64,000 bases of DNA from Phoronis australis (taxonomy: Eukaryota > Animalia > Phoronida). The translations under genes and the position numbers were made by a program. The notes under the pieces were generated by a model, which was given only the letters and a program-made list of their open reading frames with translations, was not told the DNA's origin and searched no databases. The first letter of the stretch is position 1. The number at the start of each line of letters is the position of its first letter. Below, piece after piece: positions 37,471 to 51,619 of the stretch. The stretch spans positions 376,952 through 440,951 of the forward strand of contig NMRA01000054.1 in the NCBI GenBank assembly GCA_002633005.1, read 5' to 3'.

Positions 37471-38608
37471 GACAAAAATACAACCAGAACAGATAGTCTT
37501 GATTAAACTGTCATATTCTCCATTCAGCAATGCCCATTGTTGCATTCAATGATGTGTCGTCTGCTATATGTTTGGAAAATATCATGGCGTTACTTAACAT
37601 TTGCTTCTTGTGCTGTTAAAGTCCACCAGGTATATACTCCAACTAAGGTTTGGGCAGAAAAGATTAGCATGCTACTCAATTAGTGTGTTGATGCTGGGTG
37701 TCCGTAACACAAGACTCTTGTCAGACACTTAAGTGTGACTCTTGCGATTTTCTGTTATCAGAATGGAAAGCACAAAGGCTCCCATAGTTCCACATTTCAG
37801 CCGTGCTGACCAATCTCTTCAGTGGCGGGACCACTTTACTTTCATCACTAGTAAAATCTCCAGCACATTGTAGTCTTTTACTAGCATGGTTTTGTGCGTT
37901 CTTTTTGTGACACAAAACTTGCTCTGTTGGAATGCACTCCGTTTTCATTGCAAGTATATGCTCCACAAAAATTTTGTTGGAGGCATCTCCGTAGCAGCTC
38001 ATTTTCAAATTCAGAGAGCTTCAGTTAGATGCCTATTTTTACTTCACGGGAAGGATCTTGGCCATGTGAAACATTTATGTTGTGTTCAATTGATTTCAAA
38101 CTTGAAGGCCAAAAGCACAGAAGACCTTAATATCCAGCTCCAAGAGCCATAATAGGCTGCTTTGTTCCAGATAAAAATGTTGCCTCATCCTTCAGACAAT
38201 CTTGTAATACTGTGGTCAGAGACTTCCCAAGATTACAACTTAGTGTATTGTATTCCAAAGCCTCCAAATCAAATACCTTAGAAAGGAACTAGGATTTTCA
38301 GACAATTAAGTCTTGTCTCTGAAACTAATTAAAAAGTAGTTGAAAGATGGTGTCAAGTTAACACAGTTAGCCTATAGTTGTGGAGATACTGAGTCAGATG
38401 TTGATTGATTTATCAGATTGAGAACTTGCAGTTGTTTTAGTGAATAGGTTCATCAGATATTGACAGTTCAAAATGTGCATTTTTATCACAGAAATGATTA
38501 GACACAGGCATGTTAGGCAATCAATTGAAAATGATAAGTTATGTACATCGCATGGTGATTTACATGACGTTGGCATCAGTTTCCATGGCTATTCAGTTTT
38601 AAGCCAGT

Positions 38609-39904
38609 TTAGCATTGCTCAGTACAACAGCCATTCTGGTTTGTCCCGTCCTTTGCTTCATTCACACCTCCACATGGTGGTGAGGTGGCGGTATACTCAT
38701 CCTCAGTAAGATTAAATGTTTCATCTACGTTACTTGATAGGACATCGAGTGAGAAGCGCTCTGTATTTTGTTGGTCAGCAGACTGATTATCAGAGACGTT
38801 CCCATTTAGTGCACAGCAATTACCGTTGCTTGTCAAATGCCTGGTACTCTCTAAAGTATCATCAAATGGGCCATTTTCTTCTGCCAATCTACGAACAAAT
38901 ATCTTGACAAGATATGCCTTGAGAATGCTTCGAAATTTTTTGTTGTATATACAATAAACAACAAAGTTGAGTGAGTGTTCAAGGACAACAAGTAGTGTAG
39001 CAATGATCAGCACAATCTGATACGACAGTTCGTGGACAGTGTCCTCACCCAGCAAAGGCACAATGATGGCTCGACTGACGAATGCGGACGGTATCTCTCC
39101 AATTATGTAGACACCAATGACTGCCACCAACATCATGGTTAGACGGTTGTTGTCCCGTATTCTCTTCAAGTTACTCATACTTTGCACTGCTCGTCTCTTC
39201 TTGTTCGACTTATTCACATACCTGATCAACAGTACATTGAGAATGGTCAAGAGTACGCATGAACCCAACAAGACAACGATTAACCGGAAATAGGTCAGAG
39301 CCTGGTAGAACTCCCCTTGCCCAAAGTCTGTGTAGCCTAGACTTATGTCTGCCTTTATCTTAAATACGAAGAATCGAGGCATGTCAAAAAGCACAGTGAA
39401 TACCAACACCCCGAATATGACCTTCCGCGCATTCTGTGCTGTGCATATTGTACGCGCCTTCATCGGATATGAGACAAAGATGTAGCGCTCAATGGTCAGT
39501 ACAACAGTCAAGAGGGCGCTGACGTTGGTAGACATGCTACCTAGTGTGAAGTAGATGAAGCATTCGTAGAACTTCCAATCATAGCTCTTCGGATAGTGTG
39601 CTCGTGGGAATCCACTCAAGAAGAATATGACCAGGGTCACGAGGTCTGAGATTGCCAGCCCCGTAAGATAGACATAGGGCGATTCACTTAACTTTTTATG
39701 CAGTAATACAAATAGGTTTAGAATGTTACAGAACACTCCCAATAAACAGATGGACTGCATAACATAGCCATAGCTGATCTTGTTGACCAGTTTAAACATG
39801 GCTTCTCTCGATGCGTTATTGGACGAAAAGTCGTCAGTCAAGTCGGTGCTGTTGATGAGTTCAGTAGTGTTCAGTAAATAGGCCGTCTCGACAGGTGTTG
39901 TCAT
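38609..39904 (-). CDS. Class A (rhodopsin-like) GPCR, FMRFamide/sex-peptide-receptor-like, intronless ORF of 431 aa
   Basis: Seven hydrophobic segments; GxxxNxLN (TM1), LAISD (TM2), LTIERY (TM3), P in TM4, GEIP (TM6), SLNFVVYC (TM7) and NKKFR helix 8; N-terminal sequons NTT, NST, NAS. Confidence 0.95.
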   Translation of the reverse strand: MTTPVETAYLLNTTELINSTDLTDDFSSNNASREAMFKLVNKISYGYVMQSICLLGVFCNILNLFVLLHKKLSESPYVYLTGLAISDLVTLVIFFLSGFPRAHYPKSYDWKFYECFIYFTLGSMSTNVSALLTVVLTIERYIFVSYPMKARTICTAQNARKVIFGVLVFTVLFDMPRFFVFKIKADISLGYTDFGQGEFYQALTYFRLIVVLLGSCVLLTILNVLLIRYVNKSNKKRRAVQSMSNLKRIRDNNRLTMMLVAVIGVYIIGEIPSAFVSRAIIVPLLGEDTVHELSYQIVLIIATLLVVLEHSLNFVVYCIYNKKFRSILKAYLVKIFVRRLAEENGPFDDTLESTRHLTSNGNCCALNGNVSDNQSADQQNTERFSLDVLSSNVDETFNLTEDEYTATSPPCGGVNEAKDGTNQNGCCTEQC

Positions 39905-39987
39905 TGTTGTTGCCTGTGAAATACCACTTCTCTATATCACTGTGTATCACCACATGTTGGGATATGTACTGTGTCTTGTACCGTGTT

Positions 39988-40006
39988 CTGAAAAATAGAA
40001 AAAAGG
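39988..40006 (-). promoter_or_regulatory. Splice acceptor in the GPCR 5' UTR (non-coding exon(s) and promoter lie further right)
   Basis: Minus strand reads CCTTTTTTCTATTTTTCAG|AACACGG, 83 nt upstream of the ATG. Confidence 0.7.
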
Positions 40007-43000
40007 TAGATTGATGCTGATTTTAAACGATAGAAATTGATGAAAATGAAAATTTATACCTGACTTCTGCGAGAGCATGTCTTCTGCTGAACATATTTTT
40101 ACTGTAAAATCACATCAATTTCATACAAAAATAATTCCCAAATTACTCTTGTCTGGTGATAGCTGTGGTACAGAATGTGAATACGGGAAAAGTGTTAATT
40201 TGATTTTACATACCTTTTGTGGAAACAAAGAGAAAATAAAACTTGTTCAGCCATTACGCCCTTAATTGGTGAGATTTTCCTGTACAACTGGTGATGAAAA
40301 TGTTCTGTCCATTTTATACTGAGGACGCATGCCGACAATATGCTGGTCTATACCTAGTCTTAAATGAATAAAATTTCAATGAGTCTTAAAGAAATCTGAA
40401 TTGATTTTTTAAAATATCAACGAAAGACGCCAGAATTGAATTTAAACTTTGATTGACAGATGTGCTGGCACCAACCCCTGCTTATCTCTATCTTCATTTG
40501 ATTCCTGAGCTAAGTTAAAAAACATGTTTTTAGATCCCATTAAACTAATACATGTCTTACAGATTAACATGTTGTCTGAGTACTTCTGTAACCTTATCGC
40601 CTGGAATGAGTGACAGAAAGTTAATTTGCGCCATACCGTGATTCCGACAATGCTGGCCTGGAGGGGGGGGCAGTCTCTGTTATTTGGGACACCGAAATTC
40701 CAGTGGAAATTTATTTTCTTTCATTCTGAAAACTCAAACACATGGGCGATTTTGGGATTCATTATATTTCAAATATTGGGCATTGTTGTGTATCAACTGT
40801 GTCTGAAAATTGACTTGGCAATTCATAAATTCATCTAAAATAGTCACAGTCACAATGTTTTCATGCACTCCCTTAGTGAGTAAATCATTTGCCCAATTAA
40901 ATTGCCTATTTCTGAAATTTGGCAAAAAACTTTGACCTTGTTCAAAGTAACTGTTTTTCCCTGTACCTAACTGGAGAATTTTTACCCTACTTAGTGGTTT
41001 ACCTGGGACATCAATGCAGCAATACAAGAAGTGGCCAAGTGGAGGTCTCGGCACTCCTAGACTCACTGGCCAGGGTCCCCACCTAAGCTGTGGTGACCAG
41101 TTATTACGGTTGCATACAAGACTTTTTAGTTTGAATATGATGGCTTTCAATACTAACCACAGAATTTCAAGATAGCATCAAAAATGTCGATACTAAGGAA
41201 TGGGCTTTGAGTTGCTGTGTTTTGTGGAATTCAAACAACTGCAAGTATTGACAAGACATTAGTTCTGCAAACCTGGCAGCAAAGTGAGTTTTAACCGTAT
41301 TCCAATGCTCTGTAACCTCCCTAAGTGTGCAACATTTATTTGATCATTAATTATATGTTAGGTATAATATTGCAGTTGCTTGTGAAATTACCCAACACAC
41401 TTGTCGAGCTAATCAATCAGTTTGCCCATTAATTAGTCAGGCATTTTTTTATTTTTGATTCCTATTGGATATAATATGACTTCACATGACTTTATTTTGA
41501 CATTGTAGAAACGATGTGGGTGGTCAGTGACGTTAAGTCGAGTGGAGAACTCATGAAATATTAATTAGTCGCTTGAGGTTTTATATGACTGAGAAAGTTC
41601 AGAATGGCCCTCATTACATTAGACTGTTTAACATTCTCTTCAAATAGAATCTCTGTTTTAGAACTCCAGCATTTCACCACTAATACAAAATGTATTGAGT
41701 GAAAAGACTTTCTTCGTAAATGAGTGTGATTTGTGTTCAATGAATGATGACTTTTTTGCAATTTCCAATCAGCGGTATAGATTTCTGTCAATAATTCATT
41801 AGTATCGCAAACATACGGTGGCGTGCTCACCTTCTTAAAGAGATGGAAAATCTATGAATGCTGACTTAAAGCAAATATTCTGATAGATTATAGCTTTTCT
41901 GGCTCATCAATGGATGCAAATTTTCACCTTGCTGAGAGTGTATGACATTGGTTTGTAGTCTGCCTGTGGCTTTGCAAATGAAATGTTTCATTAGGAATTT
42001 CAAGTAGCTCAGTTGTCATTATTAGTTCTGGCAGGTTACCTGTTCTTTGTGTAAAAAAAATTAGAAACAGGTGTTCACACACTCAATAATCTCGACAACC
42101 AATTACCTGGCACATGGTGTTTTCAATTTTGAACTGACTTGGAATAATTATTGAGCTTAATGGTAGTTTTCCCATATTTGATCAAAAATAATTTCCAAAA
42201 TTGTAGTTTTTTCAAGTTTACAAAAGCTCCCTATGCTGTTAAAAACTGCTTAAATTCCATCACATGTTCGTTATTAACAGCTGCACAATGTTTGCTGCAA
42301 ATAGTGAAGTAAAAATTTCTCCCTCTTTTGTTTGAAAATTTTGGTAAAATGAAATTCGGTGTTCCACGATATTGTGTTAATTGAAGAAACTTTACTGCAC
42401 TTGAGGTCTGTTGACAGACATTTTTATTTGAGGAAATGAGTGTCAGAAAAATGACATGGAAATTTGATGTTATGAACTCTCATGGTAAAAAAAATGTTAA
42501 TTTCAGACATGACTATGGAGTTGTTTCCATCGTGTCTTGGATAATTTATCAAAACAAAAATTGTTATGAAATTACCGCACTTTTTTGTCAGCTTTGCATT
42601 TTCTTCAAGCAAGGTTGCTTGAAGGAAAGAAAAATAGCTTATCCAGCCATCAATGGGTGATGCTGAGCGGTATACACACAGAAATCTTTGTTTTTGTCTG
42701 ATATTCATTTAGGAAATTGTTTAAAAACTCATGTTAGCATTAGAAGATTGTGACTACTGCAATAACAGTACAAGCAGGACAGCGACAGCTTTATATTGTT
42801 TAATTGATATGAAGAAATGTTTGATTGATTTCCACAGAAATAGGAGTTCTATATATAGAACACCATTTCCGATTTAGTTTCTGCTTGCAGATCTAGAACT
42901 AGGTGATAAAATCACTCGTGGCTAAACATTAGCCATGGTTTCCTCGAAGTGGCCAAGTTGACTGCTTTGATTTCATTAAGTTCATCTGAAGGGTCATTAC

Positions 43001-44754
43001 AAGCATCAAACCATAGCCACCCCAGCACACACAAGTAGTTAATGTAACAATAATGTTCAGTAATACAGATGACTTAACACCAGCCAGTACAAACACATCT
43101 GATGATAACTTCTAGCACACCCATTACAGGATTGGAGTAGTCTTATCCATGAGATCGGTTTTTGGCTGAATTCATGATCGTATCTTCACTGCTCTTTGAT
43201 GTTTGTTATCTATATAAATTATGACTAAATAATAAAATCCCCTGTTTTAACATCAAAGTAAGATATGATATCTTACTAGATTGGATTTAGGGCACTAGAG
43301 AAAATTTTGCGACTGTAGTTTTTCTCACGGATTAGAAAAATGAGGAACGAGGTTCTTTGATTCCTAGAGACACCGTAATACTACGGTGCGTAGTAGGAGT
43401 TGTTGTAGTTAAACATTATTAAGGACTTGGGGGATCATACCTCTGAAGACTGAACTACAATAAAACCCTCCAATCAAATCTCAGCAGGCATTTTAATTCC
43501 TTGTGGATTTCCAATAGGGAACTTGTTTCAGACTCTACATCAGAGCCATTAATCGTTTGATTAGAAGATAATTCCAAATGCTTCACTGATGCATTACAAA
43601 AAGTCTGTCGCCAATGTCTCTCCAAACTCGGTGTAGTTGAAGAACTTAGCTTGATATAAGTATAGAACACTTTTGTAGGTGGAATACCATTAATATATTA
43701 TCTCAGCAGGTCTGTCTGTTCCAGACCTGCTGGAGGACATTTTAATTATTTCAAAAGATGGGCTTATTGATATTTTTTTTAAAGATACTGTAAATTTATT
43801 TCAGAAAATGTGTCTTTAATACTGAAACGCTAGTTATTTACTACAAGTGGTGAGTCCCCTTTACACAGATCAGCTGACATGGAATGAGATGCAAGTGTTA
43901 GTTAGCCTTAAGTGTTCTGAATGGCAGTAGAAACATGTTCTGGTGCATAGAAAACACAGGTTTTGGGCGCAGCCTTCCAATAATCAGAGAGAGGCTAGAC
44001 TGAAGTTGTAGTTCCCTGGAAATTCTAAAACATGTGCTTCCCGACCTGTCAGCAAATTGATGATAGGGAATTTATGGGGCGATAATTGTGGACTCTTTGA
44101 TGATATGAACATTTTGCTCAGTCTTTATAACACTTTCGCCTTCTTAAAGCTATTGCTTATTCATGGACACTATAGACACTCCATCACTCTGATGACATTA
44201 ATGGTGTACTAGCCACTAGATGTTGTGGAGGATTAGAGGTTTGGTTCTTCCCAGATAAGTGAACACAGGAAGTTTCCAGCAGTTATCATGTGGTCCAGTT
44301 CTGACCTTCAATTGGAAAATGGGATGTTTTAATGACCTTGCTGTTGTATGCAACATTATCAGTTCGGTTGCATTCTAGCTTTATGGTGTCTAACCTTCAT
44401 AAGCTTCACAACTGCATGCAGCCATAACTATAGCTTATATTAGGTAACAGTCTCCTGAAATGGCACAGCACCTCTCTCATTGTAAGGGCTTTTACCCACA
44501 ATGCAACACATGTGTACCATTTGCCCTTCTTCACATGAAAATGTACGTGACTATATGATATCTTAATTATTAAGTAATTCATTGTTGTAATTCAGACTAA
44601 CTTGCATTAGTGCATGTGGAGTTGAAATGCTATATCCAGAAGGAGTGTTCAGTTGAGGATGGGCTGGAATATTGGATTTGTTTTCAGAAAGAAGTGCCAC
44701 TCCAAACTGTAATTGTTAAACTTATGTAGGTAATGTATGCTAGATATATGTGCG

Positions 44755-44845
44755 AATTTGTCTAACTTCAGGACATCATAACTCACATAAATGGGTGATA
44801 AATTTGTCTAACTTCAGGACATCATAACTCACATAAATGGGTGAT
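44755..44845. repeat. 46-bp tandem duplication
   Basis: AATTTGTCTAACTTCAGGACATCATAACTCACATAAATGGGTGAT occurs twice. Confidence 0.9.
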
Positions 44846-47800
44846 TTGATTCAAATGAAGCTTTCAGATACTGTGCTGTCTGTATTGTTTTGCAAAATAC
44901 TGTTCTTAATTATTTTTAAATGATCCACTTTTGCAAGAGGTGCTATCAAAAATATCCTACACAACCAGTGAAGTATTTATCAGAGAAACTTGCATGTAGG
45001 CCATAAAGTGGACATGGACAGCCTTTTGACTTTGTTTTTTGGTCATATTCGCCCTTTTCTAATTGTCTATGGGTAGTAAGGGGAAAAACCCGAGCCAAAG
45101 AGAAAATAAGTTACACTCGGAAATCATCAATTGATGTTTGTTGTCATTCTGCTTGTTGTGCAAGAAAGGACATTCTTGACAGGGTTGATTTAGCTTTCTA
45201 GAGTCAACTTTCAAACTAGACTAAAGAGCTTAGAAAACATATGGCACTAGATTTCCATGAAGGTCAATATTTGTCTACACCTTGACTTTCTCTCATGCAG
45301 TGCTGTGTCTTCAAAGCATAATATTCAGGGATGTTTGCTGACTGTTGTATGGCTGCTGAAAAAAATCTGATGCTTTAAACCAACTTTGTTTACTGTGATG
45401 ACGGTGAATGAAGTGATATGGTTGTAAAAATTGTTATGTTCTTTATCCAGTCTTCTCTTGTGTTCTCTGAGTACTTCATTTACCTGTCAGGTTAGCTAAG
45501 CGTATTTTCTTTGGCAAGCGTTTACTTTGACATGAAAGTATGTACAGGCATGACTGGCTATACTTAAACATTAAGTTTAATATCATGTGCGCATTATATC
45601 ACACGATAGTGCTGCAACATTGATGATCCATTTTAAATATTTTATTCTCCACGTTATTACTTGATTAAAACTTGAAAGGTGACAGTAATGTACAGTAGAA
45701 TCTCACCAATGTAAGACGCAAGATGGCCGACACTAGTTAAATAGAGTTCTGAAACAAAATGATGTTTTGCCATATCCAAATTTTTACGATATCTACCAAA
45801 TCACAATATTTTGAAAACAATATGAAATTTTTGGTTATGTTAGAAGAAAAAATCCTTTTTTGCCAACTATATTTGTCCAAAACAATGGAACTACCCATAA
45901 ATTTCTCTAATTTTCAGTCCTTGAAACACAATAACCAAAAACAAACTCTTGTATTAACGTCTATTTGCAACTTTTCTCCTAGAACTCTTGGTTTTGGTAA
46001 TTTGAAAACTGAAAGTATATGCGCCAGTGTTTTCATGGTCATTATTGTGGGAAATGTTAATGTCTAGCTGGTTTCATAAAAATCTTGTATTAGAAATATT
46101 AATGTCTGGGTTCGTTAAACTCTTGTATTAGAAATTCCAGTATTGGTGCATGCATAATGCACAGCTATTCAGTAATGACATTTACTGGTTCACCCTTTGT
46201 GAATGAAAAATAGGATGTCTTAGCACAGTTGAATCGTGCTGTAAATAAACTTTTTTTATCTAGGGAAATCTGCCGCTTGTAATTATTAATGACGTCAAGT
46301 TTCCAACAAAATGCATCTTAATGAACTGATTTGGATCAGTTTTCGTTTGTTAAACTTCTGAAGCTATGTAAACATTAATGATGGCTCCATGCTTCTAGAT
46401 CCGTCTGCTGTTAACATGACATGAATATTTCATAACCAGTTAGTAGTCTGGGCATAAAGTTTAAGTTAGGTGTCTAAAATGGACAGTATTTTTGTAATAG
46501 AACAGAAGAACTGTCGCCTCCTTCTCTCAGGTGATCATTCACCTGTGTTATCTATCTTGATATTACTTCACATACCTTGCCTGAAATCCCAGTTTCACGG
46601 TACAGCAACAAACAGGAAATTGTCGCCTGCTGCAGCTTTTATTGCTAAGAAAGAATAACAGTTCATCTTTACATACTGTCACACATATCAGCCAAACACA
46701 TGACACAGTACTAACAATGTGCAAGTTGAATGAGTGTCAAGTCAAAGCACAGTATCCCCTTTGTTCATCCTTTTGGAGATTTGAAGATATGGGGCACTCT
46801 CACTGTTCCACCTGACTTAAACTGGAGGTTCTTGACATTTATATAATGTTGGTTTTTGTTGTAAAATTTATACATAAGGATGGGATTGCATAATTTGGAA
46901 ATGAGTGTAATGATCCAGAATCACTGGAGAAAAGCCATTGATGACATCGCAGCCAGACGACTGCACTGACATTGTGAACAAGTTATGTTCAGTACTGATA
47001 CATGCCATTGATAAAGATATTAACAAGACCATCCTCAGAAATGATGATCTAACAAGAGAAATCTTGACTTTTTCTATAAAAAGGTAAATGGTACTGCTGT
47101 ATATTTAAGTAACGTTTTGCTAAACAGCCTTGGGATATACTGCTGTTGTTTTGCTAGCCCACTAATGCTTTAGAGTTTTATAAGAAATTTTAATCTTTAA
47201 CCTATACTACCTGGGAGTGCTATAACATTGTTGACTACTGGTTTGTATGCCTAGTCACTGGAGGTCAATGTTGAACTAGGGGCTGATGAGTTATGTCAAA
47301 ATTTGTTCGTTTCCATCAAAGTTGAGGAGGAATCTCAGCATGATAACAGATGTAAATAACACTAAATTGTTTGAACATTATCCAGATACTTTTTCTTAGA
47401 AGTTGCACCATTTGTATTCAACAAGAACAATTTCGTAATCTTTTATTGAAAATTACTGTTATAATACGGCATTAATGAGGGCTATTGTAAAAATTGCAAA
47501 ACCTGCTCTGCATGCTTCAGCACTTACGTGAATATGACTTGTGTTGGTTAATGACAAAATGTCAATTTGGGATGGAGAAACTCAGTAAAACTAGAATGTA
47601 ATGCAGCAAACACACACACAGACTGGTGATGTTGAGATGGCTAACAATGAAAATTCGTGAACAAGTCATGACCTTGCACTGATTCAAATTATTTGGCATC
47701 TTGGGGTTGTTTGGCAAAGAGTCTGTTGTTTTTGTGTCTTTTGACAACTCAAAGTCAAATGTCAGAAATCCGTAGCTTCTCAGAAGCAGACTAAAAGCCT

Positions 47801-50800
47801 AGGTTAAAAGACAAAAAATCAACTTTTGATTATAAGCTCTTTGATAAACCACAGAGAGTTACTTAGCTGAAAACACTTTGGCCGACTAAGTTCGTGTCTT
47901 ATTATTACAGCTAAATAGTTAAATGTAAAACATGAATTTAAAAGTCATTCTTAAATGTCATTTGTACAAATGAAGGGCAGCTGTTTTACGTGATTAGGAT
48001 TGTTTTTCCTGCAAAAAAGTTACGCTACTTTCACATTTTCACAAATAAGCGATGTTGAAGGTGCAATGTACACACATAGGTTCTGTTTCCATGAGATAAA
48101 GTAGTTCCTGAAATAATCTCAGTAATTTTTTCAGGCAATTTTTTGTAGGAATTTTTTTGTATCGAGATACAAATTTGCTTGAAATCCAAGTTGCTCCAGT
48201 TTCGCAGGGTTAACCCCAGGGAAAAGTCTATTCACCAGGTAACCTTTGTTTACTGAAATTTCCAAGTCAGTATTGCTCTGACTAAGGACATTATTGCAGT
48301 CTGTATTTGGACATTTATTTCATGCTATTTAACTCAACTGATTTTATCAGTCTCACAGATGTGTTTCAAGGCCTGCCATGGGGACTACAGAATTTGCTGG
48401 GATTTTCTGTTGCATGGGGCCACAACGGATTGGTGGAAATAATTCCTGTTAAAAGGTTACTACGAAATTTCTTGAATCTAAAATACCCGGGAATACCACT
48501 GTAGACTGATCAGTTTGCATCTGTCTGTAACTCAGCCTACATACACTGCATTATAAAAATTGCGTGACTGTCTCAGATTGGAGGAAGTGCCGGCTTTGAT
48601 CACCTAGGACAATTTGAGGCTTCATAAACATGATGATAAACATGCGTGTGTATTGCAGTTTGCTGTAGCAGGTACCCTCCATTGTGTGCTCAACTGATCA
48701 GTTTGTCTCGTGATATGATATTCTATTTGGTCAGCGTCACATTATGTTCCGTTCATATTTTGTTCCTCTCAACTACCAACACTATGACTGGACAAAGAGC
48801 TTAGTGAACCAGTGCTGGTTCCTGAATGAAAAGTTTGCACATATTCTCATGACACTAAAACTTCAAATGCAAAGAGCCATTATTGTGCACAAGTGGGCAT
48901 ATCTAATTTAAATTGTTCTTTGAATTCAGGGTGTTTCTTCTACAGCAAAACTTCTTATTATTGGCACTGATGGTCACTTTTCAAACGCTTTGTTGGATGA
49001 TTGCCATCTCGTGAACACTCTATGTTCATCACTGAAAGTTAATAACTTGATGGCTTGTAAACAATATGACAGAAAACTATACATGTCCCCATAATTGAAG
49101 TCGGTGAATGTCAAAATGCATTAAATTAATATAATTATTAGACTTTTAGCAAATCTATTATGGGCAAGATTCTCGAGGCATGCACGTGCTGTCCAATCAC
49201 ACTGAAGTAAATTTCACCACCTAAAATACCAGGCCTAGACCCAAGAAAAATGAAAGAACACAAGATTGAGTGAGATTTCATGAGACAGTGCTGTGCATTA
49301 TTACTAGTAAGGCATGTGATCACGTGAGTTTAACTTGCATGTATGGAATGCACGTCTCCCAATTTTTCAGTGATATCGACGAAGAAGCTGACATACCATC
49401 CTAAAATTCTTGTGAAAAACAACATCAGATCCGTAGATGAAATCTCTGAATTCATCTGACACTCATTCGTGTAGTTGTAGATGTTTAATATGGCTCTCAA
49501 GATTAATTACTGATACCATTAAGCTTAAATAATAATAATTTCTGTCAATGGGCATGTATATAAGCCCATGTATCTGTATGTGAACCTGAAATTAGTTGTT
49601 GTAATCCTGAATTTAAGTTGCAACACTTAAGTAAAGTGAGGATCATATTTTTAATAAATTATGTCATTGAAACTTAACCATTAGAAAGTGTTGATAAGTA
49701 TTCAATTTAACATTTGACTATTAAAATTAAAAATATTAACCATCATTCCGTTAATGCATGAAAAAGCCGCAGCAACCCGGTTAAGTAGGTACACAACATA
49801 GGATTTCACTCGTCAGCCATATTGCGTGCTAAATAAGTAAAGAATTACCATTAAGTTCAAGTCTGAGTGTCATAGTCATAGTTACTCTACCTTAGTCATT
49901 TCTAATTTGTTTATCTCCACATAGTTGTCTCCTGTACACCTTTGCTTCAAGGATGACCAGCATAAGTCGCAACAACTTCTAGATTGGAGGCTTGTTGGCA
50001 GTATGTTTTACCTTCCAACATATTCTTTGTGTTCTTTAGAATACTAATTTGCAGCTACTCTCTGTGTGGGTAGGGTCTAGCTACAATAACGTCATCAATT
50101 GATTAATGTAATTACTGATAAGGATCAATGCTGGCTCGTTAACCAAACTGTTGCACTTATGCCAGTGTCCCTATTGACTATCAACTCGATGCATTGACCT
50201 ATCAATGTCAGCATTTGTTCTTCCGTCTCTCATTAGGGTGATTTCCCCCTTGATCCCAACTTGTTCCATTCTATAGCCCAACAACAAGTTGGGAAGATGA
50301 CCCCTATAGCCAATATCTTCCGCAACTGATTAAATCCATTCTGGCATTTATGGTTGGAGGGCCAGCTCTCTTTAGTTGGATAATTGCTCTAATCTCCAAT
50401 AAGATCATTTCTAGCCTGACTAGGCTGTGCTGTTAAAAACAAAAGTTAAGTTATAACATATTTGAACATAAACCAATAGTATTGCTGAATTCAACATCAA
50501 ACCTTATCATGTTTAATTTTTGAATCACCAAAATCGCCTAACTACAACCGAAGTTACGACAATCTATGCTTTCTGAATGTACCAACTCTCTCTGGGTTTG
50601 ACTGAGTTTACAAATGGTCTGTAATAAGCCTGGCAGATAATTGGCCTGCTTGTTGTCATACCAGACAAAAGACTGTGCTTGGCAGTTAACAAAGGAGCTA
50701 GATGTTATCTCACCCTCACAACTCTCTATGGCTGGTAAAGTCACTGAATGGAAGAACACCGTCATGTTACATGAAATGCAGACGTCCGCAGTCCCCGCAT

Positions 50801-51619
50801 CAAATAGAATTAGATCTAGATAGCTTTTATTGGTAAATGATATTTCATCATTCTATGCCGATGTTGTTCTAATATTGAAGTTTCTTGTGACATTTCATCA
50901 TGTTTGTACTTTTGATCACTATTATTGGAATGTCTCAAAACAAACAACGGGGACTCTGGCCATCGTATCAAATGCATGGTGTTCTTTTCTCAATAAGGCA
51001 GTGGAAAACCCATGACATTAGCTCTCATAGGACATGTGTTCGTAGTGATCGTTGGTGTTTCATTTAAGGTCAATGTCCGCAAGTGACCTAAGGTCATCAG
51101 GGAATCCTTACTGATTTTTAGGTGATTAGAGCTTTTAATAGGAATCCTGTTGTAGCCCTTTCCCCGATTCTTTTATCTGACTCTGGAAACAATAGAAGTT
51201 GTTTGTTTACCCCTGCAAAATGCCTATCCCAGCATGTCTGTCAGTGTTACCTTCTACATGGGGCTGAGTTGAGTCACATAGAGAAATGAAGGTATCATTA
51301 CAATTAAATAACACTGTCACATTTTACATTAAACTAATTGAAACCTCAGATGTTTCAAGTATTTTAATCCTCTTGTAGGCTTGCAGTCATAGGATTATTT
51401 TGTAGAATTAAATGATGCTAAATATCTTTTATGTTGGTGAAGTGTTTTTAAGTAATCATTATTTGTAAAAAATTACAAATTCAAACTTCTAGAAACTCAT
51501 TGAAATATTTCTCTTGGTGTTCTGGAGCTGATTGGCTCCTTCTACTGAAGATTAGTGACTGAGCGATGCATGTGAGAATCTGATCTTTTTTTAACCAAAG
51601 AACCGTACCTTGATGTGGT

